Source of the DNA: Acidimicrobiales bacterium
GTDB taxonomy: Bacteria > Actinomycetota > Acidimicrobiia > Acidimicrobiales > CATQHL01
DNA length: 64,000 nt
Assembly: GCA_965206165.1 (NCBI GenBank)
Contig: OZ242194.1
Location: 367,451 to 431,450, forward strand
Reading direction: 5' to 3'
Below are positions 1 to 10,125 of this stretch, in pieces. The first letter of the stretch is position 1. The number at the start of each line of letters is the position of its first letter. Under the pieces are notes generated by a model, which worked only from the letters and a program-made list of their open reading frames with translations, was not told the DNA's origin and ran no database searches. The position numbers and the translations under genes are program-made.

Positions 1-1
1 C

Positions 2-289
2 GTTGCGGCGATCAGTTGGTACGAGTTAGCCTGGCTCGCCCAGCACGGAAGGATCAGCGTCACTCTTCCCGTGGGCAGGTGGCTCGAGACTCTCGCGCGG
101 TCCGTGCGCACCGTGTCGCTGACCCCGTCGATCGCCGCGACCGCCATTGGGCTGCCGAGGGGGTTCCCCAGCGACCCGGCCGACAGACTCATCTACGCCA
201 CGGCTGTCGAGCACGGCTGGCAACTCGTCACGAAGGATGCTCGCCTCAGAGGCCATCGCGGTTCTCCTTCGGTCCTGACAATCTGGTGA
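2..289 (+). CDS. vapC: PIN-domain toxin (VapC-like), 5' end outside window
   Basis: Frame is open from the window edge. The translated tail ISWYELAWLAQHGRISV...PSDPADRLIYATAVEHGWQLVTKDARL shows the C-terminal acidic block (D-x-x-I-x-A-T-A ... LVT-x-D) typical of PIN/VapC toxins. Stop at 287-289. Confidence 0.6.
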   Translation, partial: VAAISWYELAWLAQHGRISVTLPVGRWLETLARSVRTVSLTPSIAATAIGLPRGFPSDPADRLIYATAVEHGWQLVTKDARLRGHRGSPSVLTIW

Positions 290-314
290 ACGCGCCGGCC
301 GAGACAGCGTCGGG

Positions 315-2162
315 CTACCAGCCCCGATCGTCGAGCAGCTTCTTGAGGTTGCGCTTGGCGCGGTGCTCGGTGCGCACCCGCTCCAGCAGCGCGGCGAAAC
401 GGTGGGGATCGCCGGCTGCGGCGGCGAGGCGGCGGATGCGGTCCATCAACTCGACGGCCGACTCGTAGTAGGAGGTTTTCTTCATGTCGATGAGAGCGAG
501 GACCTGGGTCTCGTAGACACCGACGGCGTCGAGCGGGTGGGTCTTCTCCCGCGCCCGTGCGAGCGTCATCCACATCTCGCGACCGCACCCGAATGCCAGC
601 GCCGCGCTCCAGGCCTCGTCGACACGGCCCTCGTAGAGCAGGATGGCCGCCAGAGCAGCCGCGACAGGCGAGCCGACCCGGCGCACCGCCGCCTCGCCGT
701 CGGCCTCTTGGCCCGCCACTTGGGCTCGGAGTTCCGCCACGCAGCGCTGCGACCAGCCGCCCGCGACGCCCGACTCCTCACCGGCCTCCGCCAGCAGCCG
801 GCGGTAGGACTCCAGGGACGGATCCGACCGGAACGCGGCCCAGAACAGGTCCACCGCCGCGGCAACCTCGCCGCGCCCGCGCAGGAGCTCCGCGAGGTAC
901 TCGCGCAGACCGCTCATCTGCCAAGACCGGTCGCCGGTCTCGGCGAGCCCACGTCCGGCCCACTCGACCGCCTCATCCCCACGGCCCGCAGCGGCCAGGG
1001 AACGCGCTATGTCCAGCACCGCGTCCGAGTGGATTCGCCCTCCCCGGCGATGGACATCGATGAGCACGTCGGGATCGCCGATGGCGAGCGCCCATCCCAC
1101 CATCGCATCCTGCAGAGCGTACGAGTCGATCTCCCGCCGGGAGGAGCCAGCGGAGCCGGCGATCCGTCGACGGCGCGATTCCAGGTGCTCGCGGTAAGCG
1201 GTCAGCCCGGCGTCGCCGAGCACCTCCGCGTAGGCGACAGGCGCTCGGCGGAAGCCCTCCAGGTCCGACGCCAGCTCCAACTGCAGGAGGCGCCCGGCGA
1301 GTGCGACCGGTTCCGGGCTGCCGTCCGTACAGGCCCGAAGATGAACCTCGAAGAGCCGCTCCGAAATGATCGACAGCCACCCGTCGGAATCGTCGACGTA
1401 CGCGAGGGCCTCCTCGGCACGGCGGTGTGCGTGCTCGGCCAGAAGTACGGCGGCGTCGGGATGTCCGGCGTCGCAGAGATCCTCCACGGCGTCGATCACC
1501 TCGCCGACACCTTCCGCCCAGCCCCCGGCCTCCCGGTAGTCGACGAACCCGCGATACGGCGCAAACGCGCCGTCGATGCGGTGCTGCCACTCCCGGAGAT
1601 CGGGACCCTGCCCCCGTCCGGCCCTGGCCTCCGCCAGCAGGCGCTCCCGCAGCCGCCAGTCCGACGTGGCCCGCTTGAGGACAATCTCGGCCAACCGATC
1701 CTGCGGGAGTTCGGCCACGAAATCGGCCAGCAGGTCCGCCTCGGTTGCCGCCGAGGCCGGTGGCGGGTCCCGGTCCGAGTTTCGACGACGCGACCCGCCG
1801 GCGGCAGGCGCCGACAACTGGACTCTCCGCAGGCGCTCGGCCGGATCGAGCAGCACGACCGGTCCTGGTGACTCGCCCGAATCCAGGGTGATCGCCACCG
1901 CCACGCAGTGCTTGCAGAACGAGCCGTCCTCGGCGGCGGGACACGTACACCGCCACCGCGGCTCACCCTCCTCGATCCACAACTCCACGACGTAGGGCAT
2001 CGTTCCCTGCACCGTCACCTCGAGCCGACTGTCCGTACCCGGGGAAGCGGAGACCCGACCCTCCCTGCTGTAGGCGACACCGCGCCGGTAGGACCGGGAA
2101 CCGGCGAGGTCCTCCACGACAGGCGCGGCGAACGCCCTGGCGAGACGGTCCACAGCGTCCAC
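315..2162 (-). CDS. SWIM zinc-finger family protein
   Basis: 615-aa ORF. N-terminal CTCPAAEDGSFCKHCVAV matches the CxC-x(n)-CxH SWIM signature, followed by a long helical-repeat-like C-terminal region. The start abuts the stop of the upstream SDR gene (2163). Confidence 0.7.
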   Translation of the reverse strand: MDAVDRLARAFAAPVVEDLAGSRSYRRGVAYSREGRVSASPGTDSRLEVTVQGTMPYVVELWIEEGEPRWRCTCPAAEDGSFCKHCVAVAITLDSGESPGPVVLLDPAERLRRVQLSAPAAGGSRRRNSDRDPPPASAATEADLLADFVAELPQDRLAEIVLKRATSDWRLRERLLAEARAGRGQGPDLREWQHRIDGAFAPYRGFVDYREAGGWAEGVGEVIDAVEDLCDAGHPDAAVLLAEHAHRRAEEALAYVDDSDGWLSIISERLFEVHLRACTDGSPEPVALAGRLLQLELASDLEGFRRAPVAYAEVLGDAGLTAYREHLESRRRRIAGSAGSSRREIDSYALQDAMVGWALAIGDPDVLIDVHRRGGRIHSDAVLDIARSLAAAGRGDEAVEWAGRGLAETGDRSWQMSGLREYLAELLRGRGEVAAAVDLFWAAFRSDPSLESYRRLLAEAGEESGVAGGWSQRCVAELRAQVAGQEADGEAAVRRVGSPVAAALAAILLYEGRVDEAWSAALAFGCGREMWMTLARAREKTHPLDAVGVYETQVLALIDMKKTSYYESAVELMDRIRRLAAAAGDPHRFAALLERVRTEHRAKRNLKKLLDDRGW

Positions 2163-2927
2163 TCAGCGGATCAGCAGGCCACCGTCAACCACCAGCGAGG
2201 ACCCGGTCACGAAGGAGGACTCGTCGGATGCCAGGAACACCGCTGCGGCGGCGACCTCGGAGGGTTGGCCGACGCGGCCCATGGGGTGAGCCTCGTCGCA
2301 CACCGCCCGGGCGGCATCGGGATCGGGCTGCTGGGCGCAGTAGTGAATCAACTGCTCGGTCTCGATGAATCCGGGGCAGATGGCGTTGACACGCACGCCG
2401 GCGGCGGCGTAGTCCAGTGCCACCTGGCGGGTGAGCATCAACAGCGCCCCCTTGGAGGCGCAGTAGGCGGCGTCGTTCTCGAAGCCCACGAAGCTGGCGA
2501 CCGAGGCCATGTTGATGATCGATCCCGAGCCCCGCTCCACCATGGCGGGTATAGCGTGCTTGCAGAGCCAGAAAACACCCCGGACGTTCGTGTCCATGAT
2601 GTAGTCGTACTGCTCGAACGTGGTGTCCACCACCGACCCGAGGACGCCCACGCCGGCGTTGTTGCAGAGCACGTCGATGCGCCCGTGGCGGGACTGCGTC
2701 TCGGCCACGAGCCGCTCGCAGTCCTCCGGGCGGCACACGTCGGTCGGGATGAAGTCGGCCTCCCCCCCGGCGGCCGCTATCTCGGCGACCAGCGACTCTC
2801 CCTCGGCCTCGTTGCGGTTGGCGGCCACCACGACCGCCCCTTCGGCACCGAAGGCCACGGCGACGGCACGGCCGATACCCCGCCCGGCACCGGTGACGAC
2901 GGCGACTTTTCCGGCGAGCCTGTCCAT
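2163..2927 (-). CDS. SDR family oxidoreductase
   Basis: Rossmann motif VTGAGRGIG and catalytic Y-x-x-x-K (YCASK). Start moved from the ORF-track 2987 to ATG 2927, which follows a GAGGAGGA RBS. Confidence 0.85.
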   Translation of the reverse strand: MDRLAGKVAVVTGAGRGIGRAVAVAFGAEGAVVVAANRNEAEGESLVAEIAAAGGEADFIPTDVCRPEDCERLVAETQSRHGRIDVLCNNAGVGVLGSVVDTTFEQYDYIMDTNVRGVFWLCKHAIPAMVERGSGSIINMASVASFVGFENDAAYCASKGALLMLTRQVALDYAAAGVRVNAICPGFIETEQLIHYCAQQPDPDAARAVCDEAHPMGRVGQPSEVAAAAVFLASDESSFVTGSSLVVDGGLLIR

Positions 2928-2999
2928 CGGGTCCTCCTCTACTGCGGTTTCACCGCGCTGGCCGCGGTCTGAACGATCCGCCCGCAACGCAGACCGGAC

Positions 3000-3035
3000 C
3001 GCTGGACAGTGGATTCCGGCATTCGCCGGAATGAC
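3000..3035. repeat. REP-like hairpin element (inverted-orientation copy)
   Basis: cgctggacagtggATTCCGGCattcGCCGGAATgac: an 8-bp stem (3013-3020 / 3025-3032) with a 4-nt loop. Same core as the copies at 21492, 28899, 29789, 29925 and 58446. Confidence 0.8.
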
Positions 3036-3110
3036 GCGAGAGTAGGCCCGCAGAGTGTCCGGACATCTCCTTGCCGGTGCCCAACTGCGGGAGCACGCCC
3101 GGATTCGGCA

Positions 3111-3878
3111 TCACTTGACGAGGCCGCCGTGGACGGTGACGATCGAGTCGGTTACGTAGGAGGCCTCTTCCGAGGCCAGGAAGGCGGCGTAGGCGGCAAT
3201 TTCTTCGGGCTTGCCCATGCGGCGCAGAGCCGTGGTACCGGCGACCTGGGCCACCAGGTCGGGATCTTCCAGGAACGTCGCAACCATGGGCGTCTCGACG
3301 AAGCCCGGGCAGATCAGGTTGGCGCGCAGGCCTTGCGGGCCGTAGTTCTGCGCCAGCGAGGCGGTGTAGGCCAGCAGTGCCCCCTTGCTGGCGGCATAGG
3401 CATGGAAGTGGGAATCACCCCTATACGACGCCGCTGAACCCACATTGAGGATCACCGAACCCGGCGCGGCCTCCAACAGATGCGGTAGGGCGTGCTTGCA
3501 GAACAGGAACACCCCTGTGGCGTTGATGGCCAGGACCTGGTCCCAGGTGCTGCGTTCGAGATCCTCGCTCGGCCGGTCGGCGTCGGTGAGCAATACCCCG
3601 GCGTTGTTGTAGAGCACGTCCAGCCCGCCCAGCGCCTCGACCGCTGCCCCGACGACGGCCGCCACCTGCGCCTCGTCGCGCACGTCGGCCGCCACCCCGA
3701 CGGCGGTGGCGCCGCTGTCACGCAGCTCGGCCGCGAGGTCCTCGACCCGGCCGGCGTCCAGATCGGTTGCGGCGACCGACGCCCCTTCGGCCGCGAACCG
3801 GCGACTGACCGCAGCGCCCTGGCCGCCGGTGGCTCCCGTCACCAGGCAGCGCCGACCTTCGAGCCGCTGAACATCCAT
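3111..3878 (-). CDS. SDR family oxidoreductase
   Basis: VTGATGGQG Rossmann motif and YAASK catalytic tetrad element. Start moved to ATG 3878 (MDVQRLEGRR...). Confidence 0.85.
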   Translation of the reverse strand: MDVQRLEGRRCLVTGATGGQGAAVSRRFAAEGASVAATDLDAGRVEDLAAELRDSGATAVGVAADVRDEAQVAAVVGAAVEALGGLDVLYNNAGVLLTDADRPSEDLERSTWDQVLAINATGVFLFCKHALPHLLEAAPGSVILNVGSAASYRGDSHFHAYAASKGALLAYTASLAQNYGPQGLRANLICPGFVETPMVATFLEDPDLVAQVAGTTALRRMGKPEEIAAYAAFLASEEASYVTDSIVTVHGGLVK

Positions 3879-3992
3879 CGCTTCGCTCCCCTGTCGATTC
3901 CCTGCCGCGCCCGTCGGCCGCCGACCACCTCGACCTCGCGGTCCGTGCCGCATGGTCTACGGCAGCCAGGAATGTTCTAGCGTGAGCAGCCG

Positions 3993-5753
3993 ATGGCCGC
4001 CAGCCGAGAAGTGCCCGTGTCGTTGCGCAGCGCCCGCTGGTTCGCGCCACGGGACCTCTTCGGCTTCCTGCATCGCACGGCGCTGCGCTCGGAGGGGCTG
4101 TCCGAAGCATCGATCTCGGGACGGCCCGTCATCGGCATCGCCAACTCGCACTCCGAACTGGTCAACTGCAACCTGCACTTCGGCGGGTTGATCGAGGCGG
4201 TCAAGCGCGGCGTACACCGAGCCGGGGGTCTGCCTCTGGAGTTCCCGACGATCTCGCTCAGCGAGATGCTGATGAAACCCACCACCATGCTGTACCGCAA
4301 CCTCATGTCGATGGATGTCGAGGAGATGATCCGGTCCAGCCCGCTGGACGCCGTCGTGCTTGTTGGCGGATGCGACAAGACCGTTCCGGCGCAGCTCATG
4401 GGCGCGGCCAGCGCCGGCGTGCCGGCCATCGCCCTCACCGGTGGACCCATGCAGCCGGGCAACTTCCGCGGCCGGCGGATCGGCGCCGGGACCGACATCT
4501 GGCGCTACACCGACGATCTGCGGGCCGGGCGGATGTCGGCGGAGGAGTACGCCGAACTGGAGGCCGCCACACGGCCCGGCGTCGGCCACTGCAGCGAGAT
4601 GGGCACCGCCTCCACCATGGCCACGCTCACCGAGGCGCTGGGCATGTCGCTGCCCGGCTCGGCGGCGGTACCTGCCACCGACGCCCGCCGCGGCGCCCTC
4701 GCCGAGGAGACCGGACGGCGCGCCGTCGAGATCGCACGCGAAGGGCTCCGCCCGGCCGATGTGCTGACCGTCGAGGCGCTGGAGAACGCCGTGACCGTGC
4801 TGGCGGCCGTGGCGGGCTCCACCAACGCCGTCCTGCACCTCATCGCGCTGGCCGGGCGGCTCGGGATCGATCTTCCACTGGACCGCTTCGACCGGATCGC
4901 CGCCCGCACCCCCGTGCTCACCAACATCCAACCCGCCGGCGAGCACCTGTTCGAGGACCTGCAACGGGCCGGCGGGGTCCCGGCCCTGCTCGGCGAACTG
5001 GCGCCGCTGCTGCACCTCGACGCCGTGACGGTGACCGGCCGGACGCTGGGCGAGAACATCCGCGGAGCCGAGGTCTGGGACCGCGACGTGCTCCGCTCGC
5101 TGGACGATCCGCTGCAACCCCCCGGCGGGCTGGCCGTGCTGCGTGGCTCCCTCGCCCCCGACGGCGCCGTCATCAAGGTGAGCGCCGCTGCGCCGGAATT
5201 GCTGCAGCACCGGGGACCCGCAGTCGTCTTCGATGGCATTGACGACCTGCTGGCACGCATCGACGATCCGGACCTGCCGGTGACCGCCGGCAGCGTGCTG
5301 GTGCTGCGAGGCGCCGGCCCCAAGGGAGCACCGGGCATGCCCGAATGGGGCATGCTGCCCATCCCCCGCAAGCTGCTGGCAGAGGGCGTGACCGACATGG
5401 TGCGCGTCTCCGACGCCCGCATGAGCGGCACCGGCTACGGCACCGTGGTGCTGCACGTCGCCCCCGAGAGCGCCGTCGGCGGCCCACTGCTGGCCGTGGA
5501 CGACGGCGACGAGATCCTCCTCGACGTGAGCAAGCGGCGCCTCGACCTCTGCGTTGCCCCGGAGGAGATCAGCCGGCGACTTGCCGGGCGGCCCCTACCC
5601 GATCCCCCGTACCGGCGGGGCTACGGCAGCATCTACCTGGAGCACGTGCTGCAGGCCGACGCCGGGGCCGACTTCGACGTGCTCCGCCACCGCCCCGGGG
5701 AGGACGACACAGAGCCACACGGACTCCTGGAAGGCTGGATCAGTGGCTGGTGA
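3993..5753 (+). CDS. IlvD/Edd family dehydratase (dihydroxy-acid or sugar-acid dehydratase)
   Basis: Family signatures VLVGGCDKTVPAQLMGA and PGVGHCSEMGTAST (Fe-S cluster cysteines). 586 aa, divergent from the SDR gene. Confidence 0.85.
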   Translation: MAASREVPVSLRSARWFAPRDLFGFLHRTALRSEGLSEASISGRPVIGIANSHSELVNCNLHFGGLIEAVKRGVHRAGGLPLEFPTISLSEMLMKPTTMLYRNLMSMDVEEMIRSSPLDAVVLVGGCDKTVPAQLMGAASAGVPAIALTGGPMQPGNFRGRRIGAGTDIWRYTDDLRAGRMSAEEYAELEAATRPGVGHCSEMGTASTMATLTEALGMSLPGSAAVPATDARRGALAEETGRRAVEIAREGLRPADVLTVEALENAVTVLAAVAGSTNAVLHLIALAGRLGIDLPLDRFDRIAARTPVLTNIQPAGEHLFEDLQRAGGVPALLGELAPLLHLDAVTVTGRTLGENIRGAEVWDRDVLRSLDDPLQPPGGLAVLRGSLAPDGAVIKVSAAAPELLQHRGPAVVFDGIDDLLARIDDPDLPVTAGSVLVLRGAGPKGAPGMPEWGMLPIPRKLLAEGVTDMVRVSDARMSGTGYGTVVLHVAPESAVGGPLLAVDDGDEILLDVSKRRLDLCVAPEEISRRLAGRPLPDPPYRRGYGSIYLEHVLQADAGADFDVLRHRPGEDDTEPHGLLEGWISGW

Positions 5754-5797
5754 GGCCAGCCCGAACGAGTCCCGACGGCGATCGTAGGATCGGGGCC

Positions 5798-7561
5798 GTG
5801 ACGGCGGGCAGTCCTGACGATCGAGCAGGCGCCACGGACGCAACCGCCGCAGCAGACCTGATCGCCGATTTCAATCGCGCCTACGCCGAACTGACCGCTC
5901 CCGGCGGCCCGTTCGCCTGGACCACCCGGGACGTGGGCGGCGTCCCCACTCGCACCTTCGACAAGGCCCCGGCCAACATGCGGGTGATCTGGGAAGCGGC
6001 GGCCGCCCGCGGCGACGACGAGTACCTCGTGTACGGCGACGAGCGCTACAGCTACGCCGATGCCGCGGCCCTGGTGCGCTCCCTGGCCAATCATCTGCGG
6101 AGTGAGCACGGCGTCGGCAGCGGCGACCGGGTGGCGATTGCCATGCGCAACTACCCGGAGTGGGTGTTCTCGTACTGGGCCATCACGTCCACCGGCGCCG
6201 CGGTCGTGGCCCTGAACTCGTGGTGGACCGGACCGGAGCTGGACTTCGCGCTCGGGGACTCGTCACCGGTGGTGATGATCCTCGACGGGGAACGCCTGGA
6301 GCGTCTGGCTTCGAGTCCCGCCACGCCACCGCTGATCGTGACGCGCCACGACGGCGCGTTGCCTGCCAGCGCCTCCCACTGGGACGACGTGGTCGATCTC
6401 TCTGGAGCACCCGAGGAATTGCCCGCCGCGGACATCGATCCCGACGACGACGTCTGCATCTTCTACACCTCGGGCACAACCGGCCCGCCGAAGGGCGCCC
6501 AGACCACCCATCGAGGATCGATCCACAACCTCCTGAACCTGGCGTTCATCAGGATCTGCGGCGATGCCGCACGCGCCCGCCGGCTGGCGGAGCGAGGTAC
6601 CCCACCGCCCGAAGGGGATCCCGGTCCCGCCACGGCACTGCTGCCCATACCACTGTTCCACGTGACCGGGTGCACCTGTGTCCTCCACCCGGTGGCCGCC
6701 ACAGGCACGCGCCTCGTACTGATGCACCACTGGGATCCGGCCGAGGCCCTGCGCATCATCGAGCGGGAGAGGGTCACCTCGTTCACGGGGGTGCCCACGA
6801 TGTCGCGGGAACTGCTTAGGCATCCCGACTGGCACCGCACCGACACGTCCTCGCTGCGCTCGATGGGCGGGGGTGGGGCGGCCCTGCAACCCGACCTCGT
6901 GGCACGCATCGACTCGTCGCTCGAGCGCGGACGGCCGAACACCGGTTACGGGCTGACCGAGACGACCGGGATCGCCACGGCAATCAACAACGAGTACTAC
7001 GTGGCGAAGCCGGCTTCGGTCGGCCCTCTCGTGCCCTGTATGGAAGCCATGGTCGTCGACGCCGATGGCAACGAGTTGGCGACCGGCCAGCAGGGCGAGA
7101 TTCTCCTGCGGGGGCCGAACGTGTTCAAGGGCTACCTGAACCAGCCCGAGGTGACGGCAGCGGCAATCGTGGACGGTTGGTTCCACACGGGTGACATCGG
7201 CGTGATAGACGCCGATGGCTGGGTCCATATCAAGGATCGGGCCAAGGACATCGTGATCAGGGGCGGCGAGAACGTCCACTGCGCGGAGGTCGAAGCGGCC
7301 CTGCACGAACTCGACGAGATTGCCGAGGTGGCGGTGTTCGGCGTGCCCGACGATCGGCTGGGCGAGGAGGTGGCCGCTGCGGTGGTACTGGGGCCGGGCG
7401 CCCAACTGAACGCAGCGGACCTCACCGCCCACCTGACCGGCCGCCTGGCTCGCTTCAAGCACCCGCGCCACGTCTGGTTCCTCGACGAGCCGCTACCCCG
7501 CAACGCCAACGGCAAGTTCCTCAAACGAGAGTTGCGCGAACGCCTGGCGCCGGTCTCCTGA
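5798..7561 (+). CDS. Acyl-CoA synthetase (AMP-binding, class I adenylate-forming enzyme)
   Basis: Motifs FYTSGTTGPPKG, GYGLTET, WFHTGDIG and DRAKDIVIRGGENV. The ORF-track start 5345 overlaps the dehydratase gene, so the start was moved to in-frame GTG 5798, after the dehydratase stop. Confidence 0.8.
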   Translation: MTAGSPDDRAGATDATAAADLIADFNRAYAELTAPGGPFAWTTRDVGGVPTRTFDKAPANMRVIWEAAAARGDDEYLVYGDERYSYADAAALVRSLANHLRSEHGVGSGDRVAIAMRNYPEWVFSYWAITSTGAAVVALNSWWTGPELDFALGDSSPVVMILDGERLERLASSPATPPLIVTRHDGALPASASHWDDVVDLSGAPEELPAADIDPDDDVCIFYTSGTTGPPKGAQTTHRGSIHNLLNLAFIRICGDAARARRLAERGTPPPEGDPGPATALLPIPLFHVTGCTCVLHPVAATGTRLVLMHHWDPAEALRIIERERVTSFTGVPTMSRELLRHPDWHRTDTSSLRSMGGGGAALQPDLVARIDSSLERGRPNTGYGLTETTGIATAINNEYYVAKPASVGPLVPCMEAMVVDADGNELATGQQGEILLRGPNVFKGYLNQPEVTAAAIVDGWFHTGDIGVIDADGWVHIKDRAKDIVIRGGENVHCAEVEAALHELDEIAEVAVFGVPDDRLGEEVAAAVVLGPGAQLNAADLTAHLTGRLARFKHPRHVWFLDEPLPRNANGKFLKRELRERLAPVS

Positions 7562-7577
7562 GCCTGCGGCGGCGCCC

Positions 7578-9995
7578 TCAGCCGTCTGCGGCGCCGGCGA
7601 CGGACGCCTGGCGGGCGGTCTCGATGAGGGTCACCAGTTCGGTCGCGTCGGGATCGGTACTGAAGGCTTCGGCGACAGCCACCGCCTCCGCGGCCAGCAC
7701 GGACATGCCGGCGTCGGTGCCGCCCACGAATGGGCTGCCACGTAGCACCTCGGCGAATTCGGCCACCACCGCGGCCAGCCGGAAATACTCCCCGGCGGCG
7801 GCGAATGACGAGGCCACGTCGGTCTCGCCGATGCTCATCTCGACCTCGGTGATGGATCCGATGCGGGGACGCTCGTACCGCAGTGTCACCGTGGCAAGGG
7901 TGGTCGGACCACCCGACCCGTTGCTAGCGGACGACAGTTCGAGTTCGTAGAGAGCGGTGGAACTCTGCCCGAGGCCCACCTCACCGGCATCAACGGTGTT
8001 GTCTCGGAAGTCCTCGTCGGCCACGTCGCGGTTCTCGAAACCCAGGAGTCGGTACGAGCGCACCGTGTCCGGGTTGAACACCACCTGGATCTTGGCGTCC
8101 CGGGCCGCCACCGAGAGCAGGCTCGCCAGGTTGTCGACGAAGATCCTCCTGGCCTCACCGAAGCTGTCGATGTAGTGGTACGTACCGTCGGCAGTGTTGG
8201 CGAGTTGTTCCATGAGCGCATCGTTGAACGGGCCGAGCCCCACGCCGATGGTGGTCAGACCGATGTCACCTCGATCTCCGATCTCGGAGAGGATCTCGTC
8301 GGTGCGGGTGGCTCCCACGTTGGCGACGCCGTCGGAAAGCAGCATCACGAGCACCGACCAGCCCGCCTCCGCCTCGGCAAGCGCCAACTCGTAGCCGCGT
8401 ATCAGGCCCGCCTCGGCATTGGTGCTGCCCCTCGGAGTTACCTCGTCGCGAACCCGGCGAATGATCGACTCCCTGTTACCGGCCACATCGGTCGGCTCCA
8501 CGACCGTGGCCACCTGGTCGTCGTAGGACACGATGCCCACTCGGGTACCGTCCGGCAGGCCGCCGAGAAGCAGCTCCACGGCCTGGTGCGCCAACTCGAT
8601 CCGCTCGAGCAATTCCCCGCGGTAGCCGGCCGCAGCGCCCATCGAGCCCGACCGGTCCATCACCACGACGATGCTCTGGGGCGCTGCCACGTCGGCCAGA
8701 ACGTCGGGCGCCCGCACCCCCACGCGCAACAGGACGTGGCCGTCGGCGGCGAAGGGTGACGGGGCCGCCTCGGTGTCGATCACGAACTCGTCGGGCACCG
8801 GCTCGTAACCACCGTCGAAATAGTTGACGAACTCCTCGACGCGCACAGCCTCCTGCGGCGGCAACGTGCCACCGCGCAGGAAGTTCCGCGCCACCACGAA
8901 GGAGGCCGTGTCCACGTCGAGCGCGAACGTCGAGAGCGGATCCTCGTCAGTGCTCACGAAGGGGTTCACGCCGTAGTCCTCGAACGTGTTCCCGGAGCAA
9001 TCCGGACACCCGCTCGGGGGACGCAACTGCGGCGAGCCAGGCGCCGCGGCGGCACCCGGGGATCCACGCGTCGCGGCGGCACTTGGGGAGCCGCCGCCGG
9101 AGCCGCCGTCGTCCATCGCGTCGCCCATGTCGTAGTCGCCGCTCATGTCCTCGGTTGCGATGTCCTCGGGCGGACCTTGCGGCGACGTTGCAGCGGTTGT
9201 GGTGGTCGGTGTCGTTGCCGCGGCGGTTGTGCTCGTCGGGGAGGCCGCTGCCTGTTCCTGAGCCACCCGCGCTGCCTCAGCCGCCTCAGCTTCGGCTGCC
9301 GCCGCCCGCTCAAGAGCAAGCGCGGCCTCTGCCTGCGCGGCCGCGGCGGCCTCTTCCGCCAGTTCCGCGGCTGCCTCAGCCCTCGCAAGCTCCTCACTCG
9401 CGGTCGCGAACTCGTCACGCGCCATCTCGAACTCGGCACGCACAGCATCGGCAACTGCGTGCGCCTCCTCCGCCACCGCTCGAACGGCCGCTACCACCGC
9501 TTCGGCGGTCGCCATGTGCTCGCGAGCGGCTTCCAACTCCGCACCGGCCACGGCCGCGTCAGCAGCCGCTTCAGCCGCAAACCTCGCAAGCCTGTCGTCG
9601 GCCGCCGCCTGCACGGCTGCGACCTCCTGCTGGAGGGTCTCAAACTCCCGCTCCACCTGCACCATGGCGTCGCGAGCTCTCGCGGCCTCCTCACTTGCGG
9701 CTGCATGCTCGTCACGTGCCGCCTCGAGTTCAGCGCGCATCGCGTCAGCGGTTGCCTGCGCGTCGTCGGCACGCGCTCGGGCAGCCGCCGCGTCCGTGCG
9801 TGCCGCGGCCGCGGCAGCTTCAGCCTGCGCAACGGCGGCTCCGGCGTCCTCGGTCGAAGGGATGGTCACCGGCGACGCCTGGGTCGACTCCGACTCGGAG
9901 CTGCAGGCTCCTGCCAGAAGGCCCGCGACGGCAAGGCCGGCCACCATCGTCGCCAGCCGGGCGAGCCTTCGTACACGCAACTTGGCGATTGTCAT
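7578..9995 (-). CDS. YfbK-like von Willebrand factor A lipoprotein, paralog 1
   Basis: Signal/lipobox LLAGACSS and a long Ala/Glu-rich coiled-coil-like region. This is followed by NPFVSTDEDPLSTFALDVDTASF (vWA-associated N-terminal domain), MIDAS DRSGSM and a DUF3520-like C-terminus. Start set to ATG 9995, preceded by GAGGAG. Confidence 0.85.
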   Translation of the reverse strand: MTIAKLRVRRLARLATMVAGLAVAGLLAGACSSESESTQASPVTIPSTEDAGAAVAQAEAAAAAARTDAAAARARADDAQATADAMRAELEAARDEHAAASEEAARARDAMVQVEREFETLQQEVAAVQAAADDRLARFAAEAAADAAVAGAELEAAREHMATAEAVVAAVRAVAEEAHAVADAVRAEFEMARDEFATASEELARAEAAAELAEEAAAAAQAEAALALERAAAAEAEAAEAARVAQEQAAASPTSTTAAATTPTTTTAATSPQGPPEDIATEDMSGDYDMGDAMDDGGSGGGSPSAAATRGSPGAAAAPGSPQLRPPSGCPDCSGNTFEDYGVNPFVSTDEDPLSTFALDVDTASFVVARNFLRGGTLPPQEAVRVEEFVNYFDGGYEPVPDEFVIDTEAAPSPFAADGHVLLRVGVRAPDVLADVAAPQSIVVVMDRSGSMGAAAGYRGELLERIELAHQAVELLLGGLPDGTRVGIVSYDDQVATVVEPTDVAGNRESIIRRVRDEVTPRGSTNAEAGLIRGYELALAEAEAGWSVLVMLLSDGVANVGATRTDEILSEIGDRGDIGLTTIGVGLGPFNDALMEQLANTADGTYHYIDSFGEARRIFVDNLASLLSVAARDAKIQVVFNPDTVRSYRLLGFENRDVADEDFRDNTVDAGEVGLGQSSTALYELELSSASNGSGGPTTLATVTLRYERPRIGSITEVEMSIGETDVASSFAAAGEYFRLAAVVAEFAEVLRGSPFVGGTDAGMSVLAAEAVAVAEAFSTDPDATELVTLIETARQASVAGAADG

Positions 9996-10039
9996 GACCA
10001 CTCCTCGTCGATCGATGGGCCGTAGAGTTCCGGCACCCA

Positions 10040-10068
10040 TCAGACGATGCCGGCGGCCAATAAGTTCC
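10040..10068 (-). promoter_or_regulatory. Predicted ECF-sigma-type promoter of vWA paralog 1
   Basis: On the minus strand, GGAAC (10068-10064), a 17-nt spacer, then CGTCTGA (10046-10040), about 45 nt upstream of ATG 9995. The other two paralogs have the same motif and spacing. Confidence 0.55.
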
Positions 10069-10125
10069 CGAACATTCCGGGGCGCCCAACATCCTCGCAT
10101 CTTGAGGGCACGGCTCAGCGACCAC

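Noticed and set aside
5345-5797. An N-terminal 150-aa extension of the acyl-CoA synthetase ORF.
   Set aside because: It overlaps the 3' end of the IlvD/Edd gene in another frame and is Arg/Pro-rich. An in-frame GTG at 5798 follows the dehydratase stop.
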